Source: Azolla caroliniana (taxonomy: Eukaryota > Plantae > Polypodiophyta). Taken from it: DNA of 64,000 nt. Location of the stretch: the NCBI GenBank assembly GCA_043228905.1, contig JBHGNT010000006.1:9858001-9922000 (forward strand), written 5' to 3'. The position numbers and the translations under genes are program-made. How positions within the stretch are numbered: position 1 is the stretch's first letter; each line of letters opens with the position of its first letter. Shown piece after piece: positions 53,088 to 64,000 of the stretch. The notes under the pieces are model-generated. The model saw only the letters and a program-made list of their open reading frames with translations. It was not told the origin of the DNA and ran no database searches.

Positions 53088-53629
53088 CTAGACTCGAACC
53101 CATAACCTTTTGTTACACGGGTCGAGACTTTACCATTAGGTTATGAGTTGTAATTTGAAGGATATTATTTTCATTTAGGTTTTATTAGGAAATTGATGTA
53201 TATTCCAGATTTCTCTGGAACATTCTAGAAACTTCAGGAGTATTCCTGAAGACACTATAAAAGGAGGCGCAAGGCATTAGTTCGAACCAAATCGGTTCAA
53301 CGCCAGTCTTAAGCCTTCTAACTACTGTTGTATATCTTCCGTCATATAATACATATATCTTTCGCATCATCATTCTCTCTCTCTCTCTCTCTCACTCACT
53401 CATTCCTTCTCTCAAAGTTCGACACCTCTCATAGTACTAATCCTTCTCTGTCTTAGTACTATTCCCCAACAATAGTACTAATCCTTCTTTTAGTACTAAT
53501 TCCTTCTCTGCCTTAATAGAGTTCCTGACAGGTGTCGAAGTTCGGAGCATTCTGAATGGTGGTCTGCACGAGGGAGAATACGCCTTCGTTTTTCGAGCTA
53601 CAATTAACGAGTACACACACCGACAACAA

Positions 53630-54150
53630 TAGCAATGAGCACAGTTTTGGCTCAAACTGAACCGAACGTTAAGACATGGTTTAACGGTTTATTGGTTCCA
53701 AAAAATATTAATAGTTTGGTTTGGTTTGGATTTTCGATAAACAGTTCGCGTTCGGTTTGGTTTGGTTCTAAAACTCGGGTTTATAGGTTTTTGGTTAACT
53801 TTTTTTGTACCTTAATAGTTTATTAATTTAATGGTTTAATTAGTGGGTTTTTACTGATTTAATTAATTTAACTTAAATGTTTATTTAATTTAATGGTTCA
53901 ATGAAAGTTTCTTTTATTGATTTAATCAATTTAACTTAAATGCTTATTTAATTTAATGTATTTTTGTTTAATTAGATGTTTAATTAGTTTGATTTAAATG
54001 GTTAAGTTTAAATTTTTTATTAAATGGTTCGGTTTGGTTTCAACTTTTCCCTAAACAGTTTGAGTTTAAATGGTTTGATTTAAATTTTTTATTAAATGGT
54101 TGGGTTCAGTTTCTTTGCCTTGAAACCGAACCGAACCGTGCCCATTGCTA
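53630..54150. mobile_element. hAT-type MITE (521 bp), complete
   Basis: TIRs TAGCAATGAGCACAG / CCGTGCCCATTGCTA, 8-bp degenerate TSD GACAACAA/GATAGCAA, AT-rich core and AACCG subterminal repeats. Confidence 0.85.
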
Positions 54151-55799
54151 GATAGCAAGATGTTGTACACGGAGGCGGATCAACCCCATGGTCGTGGTGG
54201 ATGAGGCGGGTCGGCGTGCAGTGGAAGCGGCCAACAGGAGCAGAACTCAAGGTATAATCGAGATGTCGAAAACAATTCTGAACCCTTCGGAAACAAGGGG
54301 AGTCAAGGTGGCGCCGGAAATTGGCAAGCGAAGGCTGACTCAGAATGTTGACAAGAAAGACCACAAGGAGAGTGAGTGTTGGAAGAAGTGCTCTGATTCA
54401 GACAAGGCCAGATCGAGCCGAGGAGACGTTGATAGGCGTTAGAGATTCCATTATGCCGAAGGCTCAAGGCGAGTTGAAACGGGCCCAACCTTCGTAATGA
54501 AGCACGAAGCCAACTCGATGGCGGTGAACACCTCAAGGTCAAACGAGGTGTGGTATGTGGATTCGGGCGCATCAAACCACATGACAAATCACAAGGAGTG
54601 GTTCACGACTCTAGAGAAGTCGGAGCAGTTGGGGGTCATCGAAACTAGTGATGACACCCCTCACCCCATCGAACACATCGAAGATGTCCCTCTAAGCCTT
54701 GTCGTCCAGAAGGGAATCATGAGAAATGTCTTGCATGTGTTGACAATCACCAAGAACTTGGTGTCGGTAGGACAGATAGTTGACTAGGGCATCCAACTTC
54801 GATTTACTCACCTCAAGTGCTTCATAGAGGAAGAAGGCTGAATCATCACACAAGGGTGTCGACAAGGAAGGATGTTTATCCTCAAAACGAATGATGTAGG
54901 CACCGCTATGTTCGCCAAGGGGCAAAAAGTTGAATCGGACATCGACTTGTGGCACAAGCGATTCAGCCACGTCAACTTCCCGCGGCTTCGGGAGAGGCAG
55001 ACGAAAAACATTATTTTCGGCTTGCCGAAATTTAGTGGTCGAAAGAGCCAAGTCTACGAAGCTTGCTAGTTAGGGAAACATCACTGACTTCCATTCCCAA
55101 ATGAAAGAAATCGTGGCCCAAACAAGCTCAATTTAATCCATTCAAATGTATGGGGACCAATGCAAAATGTGAGTATCGGTGGAAGTTGTTACTTTGTAAC
55201 CTTCATCGAGGACTACACTCAACACACTTGGACATGCTTGATCGAGAAGAAGAGCGAAGTCTTCACCTACTTCTTGAAGGTGAAGAGCTTTGCCGAATGG
55301 GAAACCGACAAGAAAATCAAGTGCCTAAGGTATGGCAAAAAAGAGTACTTTTGCGACCAATTCTCTAACAATCTACAAAAGGAGGGAATTCGACGTGAAT
55401 TCTCTTGCAGATACACACCGGAGCAGAACGGTGTGGCTGAAAGGAAGAATCTGACGATTGAAGAAGCGGCCAAGGCAATGCTCAAGGAGAAGCATATGCC
55501 GAAATTCGATTGAGTCGAAGCTGTCAAGACGACGGTATACATGCAGAATCAGATTTCTGCAAATGGAGGAGTGTTTCCATTTGAGCTGTATTTCGGGAAG
55601 AAGCCGAACTTGGCACACTTGAGGGTATTCGGTTGCATTGCATATGTGCATGTGCCGAAGGAGAGGCGAAGGAAGCTAGACACGAAAGCCGAGAAGTGTA
55701 TCTTAGTCGGCTACTCGGATGAGCAGATGGGTTATAAGTGTTATAACCCCCAAATGAAAGAGGCCTAAATAAGCCAAGATGTCGTTTTCGACGAGTCGG

Positions 55800-56146
55800 C
55801 ATATGCGTGTTTTGCACCCTAACCTACATCACATGCATGGGGACCTCTATAAAAGAGTGGAGGAAAAAGAATCAGGAGAGCTATGTAACGGAGGAAAAAA
55901 CTTCAAATAAAAAAAATCTAGTTATCGTATTTGTGATGTATCTTGTCTCTCAAAATTGAAATATTTATCTCAATCTCTCTCTCTCTCCCTCAATCTGTCT
56001 TAGAATTGGAATCTCCGTCTCTCAATCTCTCTCTATATCTATCTTAAATACTTTCTCGCTAAAGCTAGTACAAACTTCGAATCCTTCTGGTCCAAGGCCC
56101 CGATGATCCCGCTTCATTTCGCGAACACGCGAGGATTTCCTTGATA
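55800..56146 (+). mobile_element. 3' part of a gypsy-type LTR of the Trp-primed lineage
   Basis: TATAAAA near 55848, U5 motif GTCCAAGGCCCCGATGATCCCGC at 56090-56112 and a degenerate end. Confidence 0.55.
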
Positions 56147-57628
56147 CCATGTGTTGCCCCTCTCACATAATGAAGTAGTTGACGTTAGTTCCATAACTTT
56201 GGAGCTATCATATTGGAGGAAGCAACTCATTTTGGATGAATTTTCTCACGTGCATGATGTCTTTAGAAAATGTGTTAGAGTTTTACCTGAGTAGGTGGAA
56301 CCACTAGGATTTTCGACCAAGAGATGGATTAGATGGATTGATGAAGATATATCGAGGATGAACTGCCTGCTCGAACCATAAGAAATGGATATAGTGCGAG
56401 GGTTAGACACATATATAGAACAATTTCAAGAAATTTTGACAAAATAAAGTCCTTTGCACATTGTTTAGATCGATGTTCCATATGGTAGTAGAAAGTTATG
56501 TTCACTTATATATGGATGGGTGAGTGCATAGTGTCAATTGGTGTTCATCTCTTTATATAAGCTTATAGACTATGTCCATCATATTTGTGCATGGACTTTC
56601 TCGTGAAACTTTAGTTGTATTTGAATATCCTAGGACTTGGGACAAACCAACAAGGACATGTGACATATGGGAACATATGGCGGTCTTGGAGCCTAAGTAG
56701 TTGAATTATGTAAAGGGGACTAGCTACCCTCTTCATTGTCATGTCACACAATTGTTGTCGAGAGTCTATTGGCAAGGTAAAGTGCTTGTCATTCATCTTG
56801 ACCCCAAGAGACAAATATGAAATCCCATTAGCTTCCAAAACATTGCTTTCTTACAACAAAATAATCACAATAATGGAAGTTAGATATAAGAATGCACTCT
56901 TTGTCTTGAGTGGCATCATATAACATTTTATTCAAATAGAATATTGAGAACTAGTTTTGTCAAACAAGACTAAGAAGATAAATCCTCGTCAATTATCGGA
57001 TTTATAATTGTTAATGATATTATCTTAAGAACCAACACGTTTTTTTTAGATGATGCTAATGTAGCACACTTACCCCTTAACGTAATGTGAGAAAGTAATC
57101 CATGAGATTCTAAATTTCTCAAGATAGAATTAGAATATCTAAAGATAATGTAGTGTAAAAAACTAAACAATATCAAATTAGAAACTATCCATGGTTAGAA
57201 CAAAGCTCCCCCTTTATTTCAACATAATGTAGTGTAAATTCGTTAAAGTGACAATCGGTAAGAAAGTAATCCATGAGATATTTTACCATGGTGGAGAGAC
57301 ACAAGAAAGGACATATAGGTATGAATGACAAATTAGAAGGAGGCAGAAGATGAAAAAGAAAGAAAAGAATAAGAGCATGGCAAGCTATTCAATTGTAAGG
57401 CTTCAATGATGCCCATGGGCCCCAAAGGTAATAAAGTCATATCACATATACCTCATGTCGTAAACCAAGTGGGTTTAGACATGCAAGCATATGAAAGGAA
57501 CCACATACTAAGTTGGGTGAATGTATCTCAAGGCGGAGATCATTGGTGGTTCGACCTAGAGGGGAATCAACGTTAAGAACATGCTTCTAAAGCAATTGAG
57601 GTTCACTATTAAGCGTCTGATGGGTTAG

Positions 57629-57629
<1 letters not shown>

Positions 57630-57706
<77 letters not shown>

Positions 57707-60020
57707 ATTATCGTCTTCGGAGGTCAAATATGACCTATGAGACCAAAAATATTACATTTCACGTGATATGTGTCAAAGTGAGTAGTGACTCTCGATGTTC
57801 AAGAACTTTACCAATGAATGTTGCAATCGAGAGTGCACATTGTGGTTGTGAGAGGAGTTCATGCAAAAATTGGGCTCGGTCGAAGAGATGTGGAAAGCAT
57901 GGTCGAATATGATCAAAGGCAGAGCATTGTATCAAAGTGTGATACTCAGACTTGTGAACTTGTTTACGGCAAAGTGTGCATAACCGACCACTCTCATCAC
58001 TTGTGCCCCAACGCCATGTTTCACATCGCAATGCATGTGAGCTAAGTCGCATGGAAGCAATGGTTCAAATGGCAGATAATGGTATGGGCTCTAACATGTA
58101 TCAATGTGTACGATTTCCCCGTTCCGCAAAGAATATGGTTTTGTAGTTAGGTGCAACATGTGTAGTATAATGTGTGAAGCGCGAGCCTCCACATTTGTCC
58201 CATGTCATGATACATTGGCGTTGCAAAAAGGCCTCATTTACAAAGGAATCAAATGATGCATCATGAAGCAAGTGTCTCGCATCCCATCTACCAAACCATT
58301 TTTCTATATCTTGCATCCAACCGGAACACAAAATTTTGCTTTTATGTGTCTTTTGGATCTTTTTGCTTGCTTCCCACGCAATTCTAGGAAGTCGATGCGA
58401 GGGACTTTTTTGAACCTTAAGCATGTATTCAACAACCCTTTCCATGTCCATGATCTCAATGGGAAGCGATCCCGTCTAAAGGAGGAGGAGGGTGTAGAGC
58501 GTTTGTTTCTTAACTTGTAGAAACTTTGTAAGAAAATGTTTTTGGACATTTTCAAACTCTTTCCACATATATTTAGGGATGCTACCACCCCATGCTTCCA
58601 CCCCATAGAGAAGAACTAGTGTCACCAAAGTGTCGAAAAGATATTTCTTGAGGACCCAACACTTAATATCTCCAAGATTGTATGTGTTCTCAAATGCATA
58701 GTATGCTCGCTTACCCACCTCTAAGCGGCATGTAGCACATTCATTCCATCTATGATTTGAAGGACCTTCAAGGCCAAGATATTTGAAGCTTTCCACACAA
58801 AGCAACAATATAAACCTTTACCTCTAAGGCGACTTTCCTCCATTAATACTCGAAGGGTGATAAGGTGATCAATGGTGCTATAGTGTTTCCGAAAGCTAGC
58901 TTGTCCATAAGCTCTCTTACCATTTTTTTCAGCCCATACACTTATCTTTGATTCCATTATCCATCCAAATAGTTTTGCCATTAATGAGCCAACCATGATG
59001 GTTCGATAGTTGTTTACGTTATTTATATCTCCACCTTTATGTAAAGGTTTGATCCAATTTGTAGTCCAATCGTACGACATTCGATGTTGCAATGCATCAT
59101 TAAACATATCGCTTATCCATATATGTGCTTCCTTTCCCGTCCATTTGAGCATTTAAGCCTTTATACATTGAAGATCGCTTGCCTTTCGAGAGGCCAAATT
59201 CTTAAGTCCTATGCATATATCTTCAATTGTAAAGAAGGGAGGCATATGTGAAAGAGAACCATAACACATCATCTTTCCAGCAAGAGATAACTCATATAAA
59301 TTCTTACAATGCATAGACAAGCCGTGAAGAGTTAAGTCACCATAACTCTCAACACGTTTCCCCTTTAGATTTCCCCAAATTTTAGCACATGCATGTGCTT
59401 TCTCTTGCGTTTGGATAAATTGTTGAGTAACTTCCCATATTCTTCTCTTTCTTTGAATAAGCCTTTTATACTCATGCAAATGCTTTTGGTAATTCTCTTT
59501 ATCCTTAACTACATCCAAAACCATAAGGCACTTTCGAGCTTCATGACATTCTTTCTCAAACCATTTTTTCCTAAGTTTCTTGGTGCATTTCCAAGATGTG
59601 TGGTTGGTCGAAAAACATTTGTTTGTACAGGAGAGAATGACTTTCTTGAAAGCTTTCCATTTGCATTCTAGTGTGGCACCATGTTGTATCTTTGCCATTT
59701 GTAACATATCCTCAACCATCTTGGAATACATGGGTGCTCGCTTAAGGTTCATGCTCAAGTGCGGTTGTTTATTATCTTCAATAGCTTTCTCACAATCAAA
59801 CCTATGCATACATTTGAGATCAATACATAAAGGCTTATGATCAGATTCCGGTGTCCATTCACCAAGTGAGAATTTATGTATACGATCCAAAATACCTTGG
59901 AAAGTAGCACATAGTCAATCACACTATTTCCGTTGTGTTTTCTACATGTAAAACCATTAGTGTTGGGCCATAAGGAAATACCATTTGCAATAAGCAATCT
60001 GGTACTATTGCACATTTGTA
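57630..60020 (-). mobile_element. Degenerate LINE (RTE/RTEX-like): endonuclease C-terminus, RT with internal deletion, C-terminal Cys/His motif and microsatellite tail
   Basis: FTC..NGNSVIDY, SDHKPL, PLHKGGD..NNYRTI, QASFRK..STIDH, FKYLG and CTLC..EYHTLIQC. The 3' end is (ATA)n(TC)n(AC)n. Confidence 0.85.
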
Positions 60021-60159
60021 GAGAGTGAGAGAGAGAGAGAGAGATACAAGATATACCTTTACAAAGATGGTTTGGAGATTTATTAATGCAATATGGATGT
60101 CCTTGACAAGAGTGATAAAATCTCCTTTCAAATGGGTTTTTGCACAAGTGGAATTAGGA

Positions 60160-61289
60160 GGTCTTTCACCTTCTTTTCAGATTATTTTGGATTATTTGAG
60201 GTAGTATGGGCTTTGGTTTATTTGGCATATGCGAAATGCTTTTATATTTGATGAACAAAGGGGAGTACACCGTTATGAGTTGAGATTGAAAGGGTTCCTT
60301 TTATGGCAATTTTCATTGTTGGAGATGTCAAGTATATTCAATCATGAAGAGAGACAAGTATGTAAGTTTGTTGGGCATCACATTCGTCATTTGGTCTGAT
60401 AAGAAAGGTTATGAGATGTTGAGAGACATATTCATGGTTTGTCATGTTATGAATATGTATCTCTCTATGTAGATATGTAAAGATGACTTACAAGTTGTAA
60501 TAGTGGGTTTTTTTACATGCAATTAATATAATTGTGTGATTTTACCAAAAAAGAAGAAAGGATACAAGATATACCAATGTTGCAAGGATATTTGCCATTG
60601 AAAACAAATTTTGCACCTTGGGTGGATTGGCCGTTACAAGATGGTACATGCTTGTTACATGTCACTACAAATATATTGTATCATCATGCGATGACATCAT
60701 TATCTTGGCTATCTCCTAAAGCATGAAGTTGTGGAATGTATGTAAGTCAGATGCAAGGTGGTGGAAAATATTACAACGTGGTTGGCATTCCCATCTACCA
60801 TTTCGTGCAAAGGTATTCGTATGGAGAGTCATCATTGGTGGGCTCCCATTAGGGTCGGCCTTAAAGGGACAAGGACTAGGGTCTAACACTTGTTTATTTT
60901 GCACTGTTCCATTGGAGGATCGTACACATAGGTTCGTTAAATGTCCTAGAGCATGTACCATTTGGAAGTACTTACTGGACATTTGGCAAGTTTTAACCCG
61001 TTGTTGTTTGAGACCTCAACAATGGGTTTTTTCTCAATATGTTCAAAATGGTTCAAATGATGAGATGGAGATATTGTTCCAATTTTTATGCTATTGGGGT
61101 CTACAACACAATTGGAATATGCGTAATGCTTTCATGTTTGATAATAGACATGGGGTGAAAGCGTATATAAAGAAGCTTAAAGGTATTCTCATGTGGAATT
61201 TTTGGATGTTAGAGCATGTGGGGATCATTTCCGCAAATGCATATTCAGGTTTTTTAATAGCATTACAGAACGTCCCTCTCCATACATAG
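60160..61289 (+). mobile_element. L1-type LINE 3' fragments (zf-RVT region), two partial copies
   Basis: KVFVWRVIIGGLP, CLFC..EDRTHRFVKC and W.MRNAFMF. A second WHMRNAFIFD remnant lies near 60220. Confidence 0.75.
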
Positions 61290-61733
61290 GCATATGATAG
61301 GTAGAGGAGAGTAAGAAGTGTTGTAAGTAAGTGGATTTTACATACAATTAATATAATTGTGTGCTTTTACCAAAGAGAGAGAGAGAGAGAGAGAGAGACA
61401 TTGGAAGCATATATATGTGTGTGTATATAGATACATATGTATATATGTACATAGAGAGAGACATTAGAAGTATATACTTTTTTTTAGTATGTGCATAGTG
61501 TGAAAACATGAATATAATGAATGGAGTGTGAAAAGGTCCAAAAAGAAAAGCTGTGTCAACACACACACACACACACACACACGAAGAAGAAGAAGAAGAA
61601 GAAGAAGAAGAAGAAGAGTCCTTCCTGACTTCCTCTGTTTCTGAAAGCACGATTTTTATTACTTTCCGCCCCTCTTCTTTCCTTCCTTTGAATCCGATCT
61701 GATCGATTATTACGCGCAGAGACAGACAGAGAC

Positions 61734-63898
61734 ATGGATGAAGAATACGATGTGATTGTTCTTGGAACTGGCCTGAAAGAATGTATTCTCAGTGGCCTCC
61801 TCTCTGTTAATTCTCTCAAGGTTAGCTTTTCAACCCCCCCACATTGCTCTGTGTCTTGTTCTTTGTAGATTTCACTTTGGTTACCAAACAAAAGAGTGCA
61901 AATTTCTTCTTGTTTAGGTTCCGATAACAAGTTTAGTATTAGGTTGGGGTTAAGCTTTCACATTACTCTGCGTTTGTGTTTCTGTGTTTTTTTCTGCACA
62001 TTTTGTTCATATAATCTAGAAGTGGATTTCCCTTTTTATTTATTTTTTGACGATTTTTGGACCAGTTTAAACATGACATAGATTTGAGGTTATGATGCAA
62101 AAATATAGTTCTTTTTTCCTGATGATAATAATGATGTCGAGGGCAATGCTATTGATGCTGCTGATGGACCAGTTTGGATCCAATTCAAATCATGGCCCTC
62201 TGACATTTTATTCTGAATGATGAAATTGTGTAATATCTGGATAGTCCTTGCCTTATGCATGAATGCGCTATGAAATAGGGAAAAATATTGGAGAAACTTA
62301 TTAAAAAATCTCAAGATTGGAATATCGTTTAATTTATATCAAAATTTTTCTAGTGTTTTGATAAGAAAATCTCAATCATGAGATATCATATCAAGATTTT
62401 CAAGGTTTCTGTTAAAAATCTCAATCATGTAATATCACTTATCTGTGTAGATAGTTTCAAGGGTTTCGCTAAAATATTTCTATCGTATGCTTATGCTGAA
62501 CTTTCTTTTTCTTTTGCAAGGTTCTGCACATGGATAGGAATGATTATTATGGAGGAGAGTCAGCATCCCTCAATCTTTCACAGGTAAAGTAGATTAAATA
62601 AATAAATGCCAATATATATGGAGATATTAATGAATTGTTCTCTTGCTATGTAATTTTGGTCTCTCATTTCTTGGTTTACTTTTTGTGCAGTTGTGGACCA
62701 AATTTAGAGGTAGTGACAAACCTCCTCCACATTTGGGTTCAAGCAGAGACTACAATGTGGACATGGTTCCAAAGGTACGTACGACACACTGTTGTTTTTC
62801 TTTTCAAATAAAACTTAAACTTTTTGATATTTTGAATAATTCATCCAGATTCCATTTAATATATGAGAAAGAAAGTGCTAACTCTTGCAATCTGTTTTTG
62901 CCTTTATTTTTGTTTAGTGAACTTTGAAAAAAAGTGTTAATAATATGTGAGCAATTTGTTTTTGCTTTTATAAGTGACATAAGATGGTATGAATCAGATT
63001 TTTATTATATGTTCATAATATGTTTTGCTTGTGTTTCTATTTGCAGTTTATGATGGCCAATGGAGCTCTTGTACGTGTATTGATACACACAGATGTCACC
63101 AAATATTTGATGTTTAAAGCTGTTGATGGGAGCTATGTCTTCAACAAAGGGAAGGTAAAGCATTATCCTCTTTATTCTCTTGATGCTCATTTGGTTGAAA
63201 AGTAATTTATTATTCATCTAGAATTTAGGTTATTAACCCAAAATCTCACCATAGTAGGAAATCTTATGTTTCCTGCCATTCCTTCTGTTGGAAAAACTGC
63301 ATTTGGAATAGTAATGAAAAATTTAATTGTTTTGTGTCATTGTAGTTTGCTCATGAGCATATTATTTTTATTCATGTATAAGTCTTTTAAAAAAATGGGG
63401 TTTCCATCGTTATTCGCTATATTTACAGGCAACTATGGTCTGGAAACCTATATACATTGACATTGATTGAATTTAGGCTTACTTTATGTTTATGTGAATC
63501 ATACCTTTATACATGTATTTTTCGTATGTATACAAACCTATGCCACCCTCATTTTGTATTTGCATTGACAACGGTTATCTGGATTTATGAGCATGTTATT
63601 AGTAATTTAAGAAAAAAGAAGCTTGACAGACAATATATCTAAATTTTTTACCTTGTAGCAATAAGCTAATGTGCTAGATGTTTCTAATGGTTTTTCTGGG
63701 ATGCCCGTGTTTCATGTTTGGTCAGATTCACAAGGTTCCTGCCACAGACATAGAGGCATTGAAGTCTCCTCTCATGGGCCTATTTGAGAAACGTCGGGCT
63801 CGGAAGTTTTTCATTTATGTTCAGGATTATGTAGAGAATGATCCAAAGACTCACGAGGGGTTAGATCTTGCAAGGATAACACCGAGAGAGATTTATGC
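61734..63898 (+). CDS. GDI: Rab GDP dissociation inhibitor, exons 1-5 (continues beyond the window)
   Basis: Exons 61734-61820, 62521-62583, 62691-62774, 63047-63154 and 63726-63898, all GT-AG. Translation [83 protein letters not shown]. Confidence 0.97.
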
Positions 63899-64000
63899 GT
63901 AATACTTTCTCATAAATCTAAATTCTATGAAAACCTTTTCATTCATTCTTTTGAGACATCCGAATAAATCTTACATGGTTGAATCCCTTTTTGTTTCTTT

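Larger units (their letters stand above)
47775..53530 (+). mobile_element. Chromovirus B (Ty3/gypsy, Tcn1-like), full length and very young
   Basis: LTRs at 47775-48245 and 53080-53530, apparently identical except for (CT)n length. Perfect TSD GGTGT and PPT AAAGGGGGGATAG. Confidence 0.97.
46717..55800 (+). mobile_element. Degenerate Ty1/copia element D (host of chromovirus B and a MITE), 3' truncated
   Basis: 5' LTR at 46717-47201 and PBS TGGTATCAGAGC at 47202-47213. Gag MDRGIGSSLPTEKLD, PR WYVDSGASNHMT and IN up to about 55800. No RT. Confidence 0.9.

Overview
Eukaryotic land-plant nuclear DNA, probably a seed-free plant such as a fern (inferred from the TE lineages). Two dense nests of LTR retrotransposons (about 1-21.7 kb and 34.4-56.2 kb) flank a spliced DUF789 gene (minus strand, 28.1-31.2 kb). 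LINE remnants (57.7-61.3 kb) are followed by the first five exons of a Rab GDI gene (from 61.7 kb). The nests contain degenerate Ty1/copia elements, two young near-intact Tcn1-like chromoviruses, several tRNA-Trp-primed gypsy-type LTRs, solo LTRs and two hAT-type MITE copies. Most notable observations: (1) six different LTR types carry an antisense tRNA-like Pol III A-box/B-box cassette with tRNA spacing upstream of the TATA box; (2) the chromovirus LTRs combine this cassette with long heat-shock-element arrays and a covarying self-priming PBS, and use a G_UUA_AAC -1 frameshift signal; (3) the Trp-primed lineage makes 4-bp TSDs at ACG(T/G) sites and shares a conserved U5 hairpin motif. All coordinates and comparisons were read by eye, and no database searches were run.
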